Source: Callorhinchus milii
Lineage: Eukaryota
Length of the DNA: 64,000 nt
Reading direction: 5' to 3'
NCBI RefSeq assembly: GCF_018977255.1
Contig: NW_024704746.1
Coordinates: 496,001-560,000, forward strand
In this document: positions 38,481-53,129 of the stretch, in pieces
Layout: every line of letters begins with the position of its first letter
Numbering within the stretch: position 1 is the stretch's first letter
Notes under the pieces: generated by a model
The model's database searches: none
Told to the model about the DNA's origin: nothing
What the model saw: the letters and a program-made list of their open reading frames with translations, nothing else
Made by a program: the position numbers and the translations under genes

Positions 38481-41397
38481 AAATGTAAAATATGCTATTC
38501 AGCTCCACCACAATGGTGATGAGGTTAGTTGATTTCATCTTCATGTTTACATACCACAGAACATACACGCCACATTGTGGTAGGTATCTTTTGTAAAATA
38601 TCAGAATATATTTTGGAATATGTCAATTTGACTAACAGCCTATTTGTGCAATAACAGCCTATCAATACATTGCCATATCACTTTTGTTCCGCTTCACTGT
38701 AGTAATTGCATTCCAAAGCACAGGATGCTAGAAGCTAAATCAACAATGACTGTCACAGACTGGCTGAGTCCATGCAACGATTACACCAAAGCAGATGCAG
38801 TAGCTTTAGTGAAGATAAATGAGAAAGAAATAATCAACACTTTTTTGTTCCTGAACAGCCTCACTTGTTACAAAACAATGGATGTTACATGATGTATCAA
38901 AGGAATCGTACATGCATTATAATGATGGAACATTGTTCTTCTGTTTCACCTATTGCAGTAACTTAGCAAGATATATGATGCATTGTGTGAAATTGTTTTC
39001 TTATGAGTTGTGATTTAGATAATCATTGTAAATTTTGCAATTAACTCTATTCGGATCCTTTGGTGGTCAGTTTTACTGGCATTAGGAAATCAGTGAATGG
39101 GTGCAAGCTCAAAGATTTTGGTTAGGTATGGTTGCATGATAGTTTTCCAACTGAACTAAGTATATGAAGACACAGTTTAACTTTCAGATATAGCTTTCCA
39201 GTCTTTATTCATGGTGGTCCAATATGCTGAGTAAAAAATCACTGTTCTTTGGCCTGACAGTTAGATTAAAAAAAAGACCGTAACAGTGCTTGCTTGTCTT
39301 GAATCTGTTCCCAAATGCCATTTTCCTAATGACTCTTCATATCTTGTGAAAGGTGCTGTATAAGTGCAAGATGTTACTTTACGCTTAAAGCCAATTCAGG
39401 CAGAATTATGAAAAGGTTGTGCTGTGGATTCTGAATTAAGACTGCCCAACTGATTGTGCTTCAGACTCTTAACAATTGTTAGGTAGACACGAATATCATT
39501 ACATCAGTCTGAGATGGGAATTGAATCTATGTCTGAGGCATGGATTTTAAAGCTGAATTTCAAAAGCGGTAATGTTAAAAGTAAGCCAAAGCATTTATTT
39601 GTTACTTTACACTCTGTTCAGTTTTCTCCAGAGTAATAGCCTTTCTCAATTGCAACAGTATCTGTTGTCCGCCATATATAAACTAAAATATGTCTATTAT
39701 GCACCATGTGTAAAAGCATGCGTACAGAGAAAATCACTTATCAAAATATGCTACTGCCATTGAAAGTAAATAGTCTTATTTCGGGACTAGTTACACTTAC
39801 TAACCTTTACAGGCCTCTATTTTGCTGTATTAGTTTTTATTGTCAAAAGTGGTCAACAATTACATTCAAGCAGAACATAATCTGTGGTCTCTGAATTTTC
39901 ATGACTAACAAGAAAGACAAAAATGAAAACAAAAATTAAAACATAAAGATGAATTTGTTAGGTTTTGGTCCATGCCATTATTTTGATTCAGCATTTTAGA
40001 AATTCAATATTTGTAGACCTGGCAGGTCAAGAATCCAAATGTCACAATTGACTGGCTAATGTGTATCTTCTTTGGTAAGTAAAGAGGAAGATTTATCATA
40101 ATGACACAAAAGCCTGTTGAAAAATCAGAGACCCAGCGATTATGTGTATGGATTTGACTGAGGACTGGCTTCCCATAAGGGCCCAAGCGACGGATACACA
40201 TATTTGCCTTAATTACTTGTGGCAGCTTAAAACTTGGCCTTTAAGATGGACTAAGTTTATAACAAGGAGCTTGAATAGAGCTCCTCATTAGCCGGGTTGC
40301 AACCTCTGTTGTATGACTATCAAGCAGTTATGATTAGCGCAGCAATTTCTTCATTATACTGTGACAGGAGCCTGCAAACAATGGAGATAACTCTTTTATG
40401 AAAAGGTCAAGTCATTTTTGAGCACATCTGCCTTGAAACCTCAATGTTCATATTAATGAACATGCATAAACAGTTTCTTATTTACTTCAGTCTACTAGAT
40501 AGCAGGTGACAAATTAGACATATACAATTTGTGTAATCAATATGGTGAGATTACAGTTATGAACACTGTTTTGTTACAGTATTTAAAATAAAAGAATAGG
40601 GAATCAACACACTTCAAAGGATTCATTTTGCTGCACATTTCACTTCAGCTATGCGTTTTAAAAAATAATAAAACATTTAGTTAAAATGTCCCTTTACATG
40701 TTCCAAAAATATTAATAGTGACTTTTGTAACTACTTCTCTTGAATGTTTGGAGGTACAGTAATATTGTCCTGATTTAGGCATGCCTATTACAATCCCACA
40801 AAATCATTGAAGTAGTTTTTTGAGAGTGACACTATCAATAACACCATGGTACTTGTCCTGTGTGGCAAGCACTTACGTTTTTGATTTATAGAGGAAAACA
40901 TTATCTATAATCAACCCAAATTCCATGTACACATTAGATCTAATAGCATATTTCTGTTCTTCTGTTCTCCATATTAACAATAATGAATATGTTATCCAAG
41001 ATTTGTAAAGACTCCTGATTTTAAATTATTTTGGAAAGTCAGTTGAATTAACTAAACTTTCAGATTTTAATTGGGGTTAATTGGAGTAAATAAGTCATGA
41101 TATATTTTCTGTTTTATTGAACCAAGTCTGCCTGTGAGATACTCATCCAAGGGATTTGTGCCTTCTGAGTTATAGAGAAAAATATTGCATAATTTATTTA
41201 ATATATTCTTTTACAACATGGAATACATCCTCAATATTTCATAAAGAAGTATCTTTGGGAAAGGCAACCATGCTTTATGATAGCTTGTAACATGTGAATA
41301 ATTAACTTCTCACTCTCTCTGGTCAACAAGAAGGTATTAAACAGCTGGGAATGGGTTGCCAAGGAGGGTGCTTGAGGCCACGACAGTGCCCTCTTTT

Positions 41398-41773
41398 AAT
41401 AAGAATAATAAGAATCCTTGCATTTGATGTAGCACTTTTCACGTTTTCTAGACGTCTCAAAGCGCTTCACAGAATATACTGTAAAGTGGATTGACTATAT
41501 TTGTGGACAAAATTCGGTAGCTAATTGCACACAGCAGCGTCCCACAAACAGTCGTGGTTTGAGTGACCACATTATTATTATTTATTTTTGAGGGATTATT
41601 ATCCCCGGAAAAGCAATCCGTCAATCGACTAACAGCTGGGTTCTTACTTACTGTTAGGTAAACAGAAGCATGTGAAGTAAGAAAACTTGTCCAACGTTTC
41701 GCCCTGATGGGAATCAAACCCAGGTCTCTCGCTTGCGAGGCGAGTGGTTTAACCACTGAGGTACAGGACTCCA
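41398..41773 (-). mobile_element. tRNA-derived SINE, long subfamily, full length
   Basis: Reverse-complement head ...gtacaggactccac and tail. Confidence 0.92.
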
Positions 41774-41787
41774 CAAGACCTTTTAAT

Positions 41788-41962
41788 TCCTTCAAAAAAA
41801 ATTGGTCACTTCAATCCACGACTGTTTCTGGGACGCTGCTGTGCGTAATTGGCTGCCATGTTTCACCCATAAATATACAGTCAATTCATTTTACAGTATA
41901 TTCTGTGAAGGGCTTTCGATGTCTTGAAGACGTGATAAGGTGCTATATAAAAATGCAGGGAT
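41788..41962 (+). mobile_element. SINE 3' half, inverted relative to its neighbour
   Basis: caatccacgactgtttctgggacgctgctg...aaaatgcagggatta. Confidence 0.88.
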
Positions 41963-42399
41963 TAAGAAGCTGCTGTAATTGGAAGACATTAAATTGGATG
42001 GAAGGATGAGATTAAATGGATCAAAGGGTCTCTTCTTAATTTCTTGAATGTACTGTTTGCATTGTACTATTCTCATTCAGTTTAGTTTGAAAGAAAGCCC
42101 CAGTACAACTGAACCTCTTTGCCTCCTTTAGCTGAATTGTTAATTTAGCAAACAGAAGTTTTTAGATGTAATTCACTCTGTTGTTATGGCCCTTGGGGTT
42201 AACGAGCAGGATAGGGCATCTCCAACAGCCTGATGTGTAAAGCATTGCCTGGTACTTGCAAAGAAGTTTGAGGCCCAAATCCCCATTTGAATGTGGGTTG
42301 AGTTTGGAGACCCTGAATTCATTTGGAGGAAAATCAGCCAGGATTCCTCATCTTGATAATTACCCAGTGACTCCTGCTGCAAGGTTTGTATGTCTAGAT

Positions 42400-42505
42400 T
42401 TACATAGAGTATGGAAACAGGCCATTTGGCCTAACTGGTTTGTGCCAGTGTTTATACCCCCCATGAGTTTCCACCTACTGCCTCCCATACCCGCTGTTCC
42501 CTTCT
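42400..42505 (-). mobile_element. Old CR1 3' tail
   Basis: catagagtatggaaacaggccatttggcc. Confidence 0.5.
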
Positions 42506-43105
42506 ATTAGATGAGGAGAATTACATCTGGCCATGATCTCCCAGCATCAAGAACCTTGCCAATGTTCCCTGGCATGGCTTCTAAATGAATAACATTATTC
42601 TTGGATTCTGTTTTCTTATTTTGAAGAAAGAATAAATCATTAAATTTAAAGTGTTTTTAAGTGAGAATATAACTTTGGCAATGTGGCTATTTGTTTTATT
42701 TCCGTCATCTTTATTTTGTCTCACTCCCACTCTCCCCAAACAATAGCCAATATAACTGTAACAAGAGTGAGGATGGCAATTGTTGTGCAAGAATGGAATG
42801 GCAATAGCTAAAGAGAATTAAAGTCAAAATACATCAAACTATTGAAAATTAATCAATGCTGAGGATTTGTTTTTGCCATTTGTGATGAACTGAATGTAAA
42901 CACTAGCAGATCAAAATAAGCTACACAAAGAAACTAAGTAAAGCGCTGTTGTCGTACATGATAATGAACGTATTTAATGGCATCAAAATTTGCAATACTT
43001 CTTTAATGCTACCCAGTATGCATTGCCTTTTCTTGCTTCTGTTTGGCTGCAGTTTCATTAACGATCGTGAATTTAGACAATTTACATATCTAATATTTTA
43101 GAATT

Positions 43106-43418
43106 GTGGAGTCCTGTAGCTTAGTGGTTAGAGCACTCATCTTGAAAGTGAGATTCCCAGGCAGGGCAAATGTTTCTGTATACCTAGCAGTAAGGAGGTA
43201 CCATGTTAGTCGATTGGCAGATCGCTTTTCCAGGGGTAATAATCCCTTCAAAAAATAATAATAATTTGGTCACTCAATCCACGACCGTTTGTGGGACACT
43301 GCTGTGCACAATTGGCTGCGCCGTTTCCCCCACAAAATACACAGTATATCCTGTGAATCGCTTTGAGACATCTCAAAGACACGATAAGTTGCTATATCAA
43401 ATGCAAGAATTATTATTA
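43106..43418 (+). mobile_element. tRNA-derived SINE with deletions
   Basis: gtggagtcctgtagcttagtggttagagcactc head and tail atatcaaatgcaagaattattatta. Confidence 0.9.
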
Positions 43419-45129
43419 CGTAAAAGCATTTAAGGGGGCGTTTTTACAGCAGTGCAGATAATGGGAAATAAAATTTCGCAAGGTAGTTGTGGAATGGAAT
43501 AGATTTCTTTGTTAAAGATACATACTTAAACATAACAGCTAATAGCCTCTATGGTTTAATGGCATTAGCAATATTTCTGAATAATGAAACAATTATTCCA
43601 ATGCGTTTGCATTTATAAGAACAATTAGCATTATTGCCCTGTTCATTAACATATTCCTTTTATTTATTCATGCACATGTGTATAAAATTGCTGGCTTTTG
43701 CAGCGCAAAGTAGAAAATAGAGCACTACTTAATTGATCTGCAGGTTCCTTTGAAAGTATAACTAGAATAATTACAGAGCTGCTAATAATAAAGGGTAGCG
43801 ATAAAATATGCAAATTCCGTGAAAAGGATATAATTAGGATAATGATAGGAAGTGGTGTTTTAACAGCTGTTACTTTGCAGATCCTTGATGGTATTTTATC
43901 AATAGTGTTCCATTAACTGGCAGTTCAGATTGGAGTGACATTAAAGACAATTTACCTGGCCAGTTGTATGCAAAGGTCAAAGCTCAATCATTTTATAGTA
44001 TTACTGTTTGCATTGTGGGAACTGCATGTATGTGCAATACTTTTTTGTTTTACAAATTTCTTGAAGTGTAGTGCATACATTGGATGAATGCATTACATCC
44101 TGTGTCCAGCTCTGAGATGCAGGTCTAAAGCTACAGAGCACTATTGGTCCTCATTATTCTTTAAAAATTACTAAAACCATATTCAGTGAATCGCTTGGAG
44201 TATTTATGTGGCTGATAGTGATTTTCGGGAAGGAATAGTGATTTAAACCTTAAAGCTCTTGGCACAATAGTCAGTTACATTTTCTTTTGAAAAAAATTAG
44301 CAGATTAATTGCACGTTTACCTATGTAAAAAAAGTTAATTTCATTTCTATTCAATTATATTTTGTAAAGCACTTCAAGATGTTTAATTTTACATGGAAAG
44401 AACTAAATGCAAGCTATTATTATCAACAATTAAGTCAGCTTCATTGACAAAGCTTTTATCAAGTCTATTTTTATACTCTTTTGCAAGCATTGGATTTCCA
44501 TTTTGACATTATTTGCCAATCAATACTAACCATTCCCTCCCTTTAAAACTACTTTTAAACAAATCTTCTCAACTATGGAGGTTCTATCATCAAACATCGG
44601 TTTCCTTATTTGGAAAATGAGTCACCTCAAGCATTTCCATGGTCCGATCACACATCTGTATAAAACTTGGTCTTGTTTCAACTAAAAATGAACAAGCAGT
44701 ACTTGCTGTTCATCCTCCCCAGTAGAATTTTACTTACTAGCTATTTGGCAGGAACATTATTTGGCCCATTTTGCAGTCATTAGAAGCTGCATAATAGATT
44801 TGTGCCAAAATGACCCACAGTGTTGTTGAATCTGTATTGTGCATATAGTGTTTCCCACTTATTTTGACAACCCATTAGTTGTTTTGGTTTCAAATCCCAG
44901 TCCTTTTTCCATGCATATCCTTCCATTTTCACTCTGTACCTGTGACAAGACATAATCTAACGGAACAGGTGATGTCAGTCAGTTGTAAATTAACCCTACT
45001 TTCATTTTATTGGAATTTAGATGTTTTAAAGAAATGCATCTTCCCCCCCAAAAAATCTACAGATTAATTCAATTATGCAATGTATTTCCAAACAAGCCTC
45101 CCATAAACAAGCCATGTATTAGTTAAATT

Positions 45130-46150
45130 CAGTATCTTCTCAACCACTTCAAGATCCTCTCACTCATTTTCAAATCACTTCATTCCCTCGCACCTCCCTA
45201 CCTCTCTGACCCGCTTACCCCCCACTCCACCACTCGCTGCCTCCACTCGGCTAGCTCCAGCCTCGTAATTGTCCCTCGTGCCCTCCGCTCCACCATTGGT
45301 GGCCTTGTCACTACACCCCAAAACTCTGGAACTCTCTCCCTCAATCCCTCCACCTCACACCCTCCCTCCTCATCTTCAAGTCCCTAAAGATGTTGCTTTT
45401 TGATTGTGCTACGGTCACCTCCTCCCTTCCTCTCCCCCTAAACCAACTGTCTGCTCACTGGATTTCCCAACTCTTTCCTCTATAAGCTGCAAATTATTCA
45501 GAACTCTGCAGGTCATGTTTTCTTCAGCACCAGGCTCTGGGAACCTATCACCCCTGTTCTTGCCCGGCTTCACTGGCACCCCATTCCTCAGAGAATCGAG
45601 TACAAAACCCTCATTCTTACCTCCCCCAGCCCGCCCTCCCCTCCCCGATCCCAACCGCCAGCTCAGAACACTAATTGTCCAGCGCCTTGGGACGTTCTCC
45701 CGACGTGAAAGGCTATACACATGCAATTTTGTTGTTGTTCAAGGCCCTCCACGGTCTTGCTCCTCCCTAACAGCCCCATAACCTCATATCAGCTATCCGT
45801 TCCCTCCGCTCGGTGGACACTGGCCCCGCACTTCGCGCCCCATCATTGGCAGTTGGGTATTCAGCATCACTGCTCCCACCCTCTGGAATTCTCTCCCACA
45901 ATCCCTCCGCCTCACCCCCTCTCTTACCTCTTTCAAGTTCCGTCTGAAGACCTTCCTCTTCGATTGTGCCGTTCACCCCTCCTGACCCCAACTCCCAGCT
46001 CGGGTCCAAAACCCCTGATTGTCCAGCGCCCTGCAGCATCTTTCTGATGTGAAGGCCCTCGCTATACAACTGTAATTTGTTGTTGTGAATCGCTCCGGGA
46101 CACTACCCTGCGTAAAGTGCGTTATATAAATGCAAGTTGTTGTTGCTGTT
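45130..46150 (+). mobile_element. Cluster of nested or tandem L2 3' fragments (at least three tails, near 45735, 46085 and 46148)
   Basis: Repeated ORF2 C-terminal remnants (cttcaagatcctc, ctctggaactctctccc, ctgaagaccttcctcttcga) and (TTG)n tails. Confidence 0.88.
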
Positions 46151-46412
46151 GATGAGTCCAGAATGAGAGGTCATAAATATAAGGCAGTAAATCTAATAGG
46201 GAGTTTAGGAGAAACTTCTTCTCGGTGGTGATGAGAACATGGAACTCATTACCAGAGCTGTGGTTGAAGCAAAGAACATCAATATATTTAAGAGAAAACT
46301 TGATGCGTACAAGAAGAATAAGGGAATAGCAGTGGCGTGTGCAGTGTAAACACCAGCATGGACGTGTTGAGCCGAATGTCCTGTTTCTGTGCCCTATCAT
46401 TCCATATAATTC
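46150..46412 (+). mobile_element. CR1 3' fragment
   Basis: gagtttaggagaaacttcttc...catggaactcattacc...ttgagccgaatgtcctgtttctgtg..tataattctgtg. Confidence 0.8.
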
Positions 46413-48244
46413 TGTGCAAGTCGGTTGATCAACGAACCTCATTTGAAAACGTAAATTAGATCAATTCCAGAATGATGATGTTTACATCTGATTTTTTAAT
46501 ACCTTTTGATATTAAACTTGGAGAATACATTCACTATGGTAAGAGGAATAACGTATTTATCAAATAGACTAATTGGAGCTAATTTTTGCATGCAAATTGC
46601 ACTAATTACAAAATAAACGTTTCTATATGAATGTAAAATTTGTAAATGGTATGTTTATGACATTTTAGAACACATAATTGTTAGATTGATATTCTAATTA
46701 AATATGCTAATTCAATTTAGTTTACAAATTTAGATCATGTTGATTGCAAAATAAGATTTCCCTATTGGCTCATAAACACGCAATGTATTACACCAGTAAT
46801 GTGTGGTATTCCTGATTTGAACATAGATTTCCAAAGATAAATGAAACGTTTAACAGAAATCTATGTTGGTGGTTTTGGAGGGAAAGGGTTGATTGGAGGC
46901 TCCATATCAAAGCTGTCAAGGCTTGATTCCACGCCTGCTTTTGTGAGTGCCTCTTGCAGTCTCTGACCTTCTGTTCCATTTTGAAATTAGCTGAAATGAA
47001 GTAATTTTGGTAAGCTAAGAATGTAATTTTCAATAAGGTCAGGATATTACCATGAAGTTCTTGTTCTTCCCAGTTATTTTTGGTTGCCATGCCGAAAGTC
47101 AATAGAAATGCTTCATGTTGTGTGTAGTTTGGATAAGAGGTCAATAGTCTTTCAGCTGAGATCACACTGTGACTTCCTGGAAGTAGCTAAAGTCTCACCA
47201 ACAGCAATTTTCTGAAACTGTTAAAATATTCTGTTACTTTTCTAAGTAATGAGTGTTAAATTACATAATAATTGTTATGTACTTCTGAAGGAATAACATG
47301 CTAAGTTTCGATCTTAGAATGTGAAGCTGTTTGTAACTACATTATAAATGTGTGAGCTGTATTGTTTGCAGATGATTTGTAAACCATTTCATCTCAATAT
47401 TGGATAGTAGAAGTAAAACAAAGAGTGGAACGAATATTGGCAAAAAAATATTAATTTCATTTAATTTAGTGATAAATAGAGTAAAATCTCAGGTGTTTTT
47501 GGTGAATGACTGACATGGTATCCTTATACTTCATTGATGTTAAAGGTCTGTATTAATGGATATAACTTTACAACTGATGCTATGTGAGAGGGAACAGTGA
47601 GATTGTAATGTTACCAGAATTAGTTTACAATCCACACATGTGGAACTCTAGCCAAGGAAAAGGAGGCAAGTAGCTTCAGTCGAGGAGAAAAAATTGCATC
47701 TGATTTATTTTTGGATTCATTGCTTACTTAACATGTGATAGAATCAGAATATGTGATGAGGAGCAGTGGAATTTAATCCCTACCTAACTTGTGCTTATGA
47801 TAATCCTGATAATCCTTGCATATGGTTTAGTATGGCTCTTCTCTCATTGGGAAGATGTCTCAAGGCGCTTCACAGGATTTCATTATACAGTTTAGTGATG
47901 GCGATAACAGATCCCCACATAACATATCAATCACATCTCGTAATGCCTCCATATCATGCATTCCCATTTTTAGACCTTTATATTGTTGTAGTGTTGTACA
48001 TAGTGAGCATAGCTGTATGTGAGCAGTACATCCACCTCTTTGCATAAATCCATATTTGTATTGCAGATTGGCAAAGGATTCAGTAAAATCCATTTTTGAT
48101 TAGTTGGACAAACAGTCATTAATTCCTGCTTGAGATATTCAAATTTAAGAACAAATTGGTAATTAAGAAAGTAAAACCCTGAGTTAACACAATGTTTTCA
48201 AAATTCTGCCAGTCAATTGGGTCATTTTTGTGATCCAAAAACGG

Positions 48245-48602
48245 CAACTCCCTTCTTGTCGGCCATCACATCTCTTTCCCCCACAAACTGCAGATCATTT
48301 GGAACTCTGCAGCTCGTGTCCTCCCCTGCCCCAGGCTCCGTGACCCCATCACTCCCGCCCTCGCCACTGGCTCCTCATCCCCCAGAAGAAACAGTTCAAA
48401 ATCCTCATCCTTGCTTTCAAGGCCCTCCACAGCCTTAATCCTTCCTACCTCTGCTGACCCCACATCAACCTGTCCACTCCCTCCGATGAGCAGGCTGTGG
48501 CTTGCACCACGTCCCCCGCTCGGCCCACCTCACCATCGGCAGTCGGACCTTCAGCCTTTCGGCCCCCACCCTTTGGAACTCCATCGCACTCTCCCGCAAG
48601 AA
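48245..48602 (+). mobile_element. L2 ORF2 C-terminal fragment
   Basis: aaactgcagatcatttggaactctgcagctcgtgtcctc...gttcaaaatcctcatccttgctttcaaggccctccac. Confidence 0.85.
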
Positions 48603-50133
48603 GCATTTTAACTAAAAAACGCGTATAAGAGCAGAGTAACAATTTCTTTGCATGCAATTCTGGTATCATTCTTATGATTAGGTCAGTTTTGTTTAGGCTC
48701 AAAGATGACTAACTATATTCTTCTGTAAATTGTTTGGTAGGTGACTAACAATGCCAAGGAATTTTAGTTTGGAGTTAATCAAGGTCACCAGCTGTAATGT
48801 CAGCTTTTAACTGCTCCACACTGGACTCGTGTATCCAATCAAGTGGGTGTATTGAGTTCCAAAGAAAAGTTATAAATATCTATTGATGCACAATATAGCC
48901 TTTATCTTGCTTTATAGACGAGCCTTAAATATATTATCATCCCTAAAAGGTTTAGTCATTATGAGGTATTATGGACATTAAGGTAAAAGCTCTTGTGCAT
49001 TAATTATGCTTTATCTTTCAGTTACTATTATGGATTGACATGCGTTCTTATGCTGATTGATGCAATACAGTACTTGCTTCCTGTGGTAACAATGTGGACT
49101 TGACACATTCAAAGTTTACATTTTTTGCAGAGAAACATATTTGCAAACCCAGAATTTACCCAGCAGTAAGCTAGTCAGCCTCTTTCCAATGCTTTGGAAT
49201 AACTAAATAAAGGGCCAATAAATACAGTATGAGAAAATTGTATCAAAACGAAGAAGGTCATAACTGAGTACAGATGAAGACCCTTTGCTCTCGTCTTTCT
49301 AGAATATCCATGCTCTACGGCCTTCTCATTTTAGCAGAAAACTGTTTCTTAAGAGTCCAGCAAACTGGCTTATAACACTTAAGATTGTTGGCTAACCAAA
49401 CCATCACGATATATGACTACCATTACTATTTTGCACACACTAGGTACATCCTGAGTGTAATATAATTGATATGTTGCTAATGTTTCACAAGAACTGCATT
49501 TTATGTAATTTTGAACGCCATCACATCATTATAATCATGCTGTTTAACAGTTCTTGACCACACTTTTACAAATAGTTAAAGTAATAATAATAAAATAATA
49601 TAAAGTACCCTGAAATATACTCCGTTCCATTGGGAAAACACTATTTTTTCAATACATTTCCTGTAAAACTTATTATTCATTATTAAAGCATGAGAGAATT
49701 AACATAGGAACAATGGAGGCGTATCAAGTTCACCAATATACTGTTTTGGTCCATTTTATACAAATCAGACACCGACAATGGCCAAATAATCAGCTGCTGA
49801 TTGGGTAGATGGGCAGAAAGAAATTTCGCACAGTCTGTTAATCAAGAACTAATCTTTATGCTGTTGCCTTCAAATTGCCTTTTATAATAATTGCATGGGC
49901 ACACGTGAGTGCAGACACATATGTTACATATGAAAGTACATTTAGCCTTCATTGTATTTCTCTGATTCAATCCCCCCCCCACCCTTTAAAAGTGAATACT
50001 GTAGAACAAACTGATTTATTAACAATCATGCCAAGTAAATCCTGTGTATTGTATATCCGTGCATTTATACCAGATTTGATTGCTCTTCAATCTGTGAATT
50101 TTACCACTATTCTTTACTTATTTATCTATTTAA

Positions 50134-50945
50134 AAACATAGAAACAAGAGTAGGCTATTCAGCCTCTCGAGCCTGTTCCGCCATTCTATAAGATCATGGC
50201 TAATCTGTACCTCAAGTCCAGTTACCTTACCCTTACCCCATATCCCTTAATACCCTGTCCTAACAAATATCTATCCACCTCAGTCTTGCCAGCGTGAATG
50301 GATCCAACATCCACAGCCTTTAGGGGGAGAGAGTTCCAGATTTCCTCTACCTTTTGGGTGAAAAACTGCCTCTGATTTCACTCCTGAATGGCCCGGCTCT
50401 AATTTTAAGATGATGCCCCTTGTTCTGGATTCCCCACCAGGGGAAATAGTTTCTCTGTAGCTACCCTATCAAATCCCTTTATTACTTTAAACACCTCAAT
50501 CAGATCACCCCTAACCCCCTGAACTAAAGGGAATACAGACCAAGTTTACGCCACCTGTCCTCATAATTTAACCCTTTAAGCCCTGGTATTATTCTGTTGA
50601 GTCTGTGCTGCACCCCCTCCAGAGCCAATATATGCTCCCTGAGGTGCAGTACCCAAAACAGCACAGTCTCCAGGTGGGGTCTGACCAAGGCTCTATATAG
50701 TTGAAGCATCATTTCCTCTTTTTGATATTCCAGCCTCTTGAGATAAAGGCCAACATCCCATTAGCCTTTTTGATAACTTTTTGTACCTGTGAACTTGTTT
50801 TTAGTGATTTGTGTACGTGGAAATCCCAAATGCCTTTTCTCCTCCACAGTTCGTAGTTTCTCCTCATTTAGAAAACAATCTGTTTTGCTATTTTTGGATC
50901 TATAGTGGATGACCCCACACTTCCCCATATTGAATTCAATCTGCC
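50134..50945 (-). mobile_element. CR1 LINE 3' fragment
   Basis: MLQLYRALVRPHLE...LEGVQHR..RIIPGLKGLNYEDR.RKLGLYSL; acatagaaac tail at 50134. Confidence 0.9.
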
Positions 50946-51829
50946 AGAAGGAAATTTATTTTTAAAGAAAGAGTTCAGCATTACAGTAAACAATACTCTT
51001 CACAGCCGCACTGTAATAAAATATCTCCGCTCATTTAAACACACATTTATGTCTTGTGTTTGCCTTCTGCTAATATCACGTGTGACCATCTGGTTAAACA
51101 CATGCATCTGAATAATTGGTAAAACACTGCATTAAGAAGTTTCGGCAAGTGCGTCCTGCCTGCGTGTTTACTTCTATCCACTTTATTCAGCCTGGGGTAA
51201 CTGCTTGAGCAATGGTGAGGCTTCAACCAAATGGGATACCACATGGCATGCCACCTGGATGGTAGCACGTTCACATCTTAAAATGCACTGATTGTAAAAG
51301 GAGTGTATTATATCATATATTATCATTATCCAATTATCATATGCTTTGCACTTCATTAAGTAACAACGCTGCTGGCACATTGTTTTACTCCACGAATACC
51401 TCCACAGCAAATTGCATTTCTGTGAAGCACACCTTCAGCACAACTGCTGAACATCAAACCCCACACACAGCAAGTGAGATACCTGTCCCCAATCAAGCAA
51501 AACACACTTAGTATTGGATTTATAATTCCTATAACAATGTATTTTTCAATACACTTTCTGTTTGAACATATTTTTATAAGTGAAATGAATTCAAGTTAAA
51601 AATCAGCTCTAGTGACAAAGAATTGAAAAAAGATTCACTGTCTGTGCTAAAATCCAACAAGGCAGTGAATTAATTTTGAGTATCCTGGAGAGGAAATCCA
51701 TTCTCCAAGTCGAGTTTGATCCCAAACCAGTTGTTAAGCACAGGATATAAAACCATCATATTCTGTGTCCTGGTGATAATGATATCACTGGTGGTAATTA
51801 TTGTATTACATACTGCAGCTCGATTTGCA

Positions 51830-51990
51830 ATAATAGTAATCCTTGCATTTTATACAGAGCCTTAACATATTGTCGAAACATCTCAAAGCTATTCTCAGGA
51901 TGTACTGTGAAGCATAGTGACTGGCTATTTGCAGGCAAATGCAGCTGCCATATTGTGCACAACAATGTCCCTCAAACAGCCATGAGGTTT
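51830..51990 (-). mobile_element. Old SINE 3' half
   Basis: aatagtaatccttgcatttt...gcagctgccatattgtgcacaacaatgtccctcaaacagc. Confidence 0.7.
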
Positions 51991-53129
51991 CATAATTACT
52001 ATATATACCCATATATTCTGATCTAGACAACTGCTGGTACCAAAAACAAAATGTTTCACAGAAATGTGTGTACTCACTTGGAAAACAAATAACTTTGTGT
52101 CCATATTCGAACAGAATGTAAGTTGACACATCGACCAGCTTTAGCTCAGGATGCTCTCGCTAGCTTTCAGTATCGTAATATTTTACTGAATATGACACAC
52201 CATTTATCATCAAATACATAAATATGAAAAGAAAGAAATGAAAGTAGTAGAAGATTGATCTTTGCCTGGGGACAATACCTGGCAAAGGTTCAACTTCACT
52301 TAAGATATTCCTTATCCCGGATTTCCTCAAAAGCCCAGTAGAGATGTGTCTGAAGCCCCTCACAATCAATATTCATTCATGTGGCAGCTATTTCAGCATT
52401 CCATTCTTCATTTCAAGATATCCCAATAGAGACCAAACCCATGGTGCTCCATGAAGCTGCCTGGAACACACGATTCTCTCTGAGGTTCACAGCTCTGCAG
52501 TGTGAGGTCAGCTTTGTGTTCTATAAACTGTTATATTTCATACAAGAGCCACTTGTGCTAAACTGCCTCTGTCATAGAGAATGACAACCTGGATGGCTTC
52601 AGACTTGCCATGAATGATCAGTGAACAAGTTACAGTTATCCACCCTGTGTCACAGCATCAGACATGTTCGCCATTCCTCCGCCCGCCCCCCACCCCGAAA
52701 TTTGGTGTCATTTAAAATTCCAGACACATGATTTTCATACATTGGGTACTGTTTATCGTGCTCCAAATTCTACAGTATTTCAATCCAGAATAATCTAATG
52801 AAGAGAGCACAAACCACTATTTTTCCTATTCGTTTCGATGGGGGAATCACCAATTCAATTAAAACCCCACCATAGTGCAACTGCATTTATTGCAAGTGAA
52901 AATATTACATCTTCAATGTTAATCATCATATGAACTGCCTTTCCCTCCATGCACAAAAGAAAGCGGTACAGTTTGCTACAGAAAGAGCTTGCTCTTCTGT
53001 GGTACACGATTATGTGGGCAGACAGCAATAAGCAATAACTGGCTGTGACATAGAGGTGGCATCCATATTTTCATTACCTCTGGTAGTCACAGGGAAAGAG
53101 CTTTATGTAGCTTTCAATATATTTTACAC

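Noticed and set aside
45523-45543. REST/RE1 site (TTCAGCACC)
   Set aside because: Only the left half-site is present, inside an L2 fragment, with no GGACAG right half.
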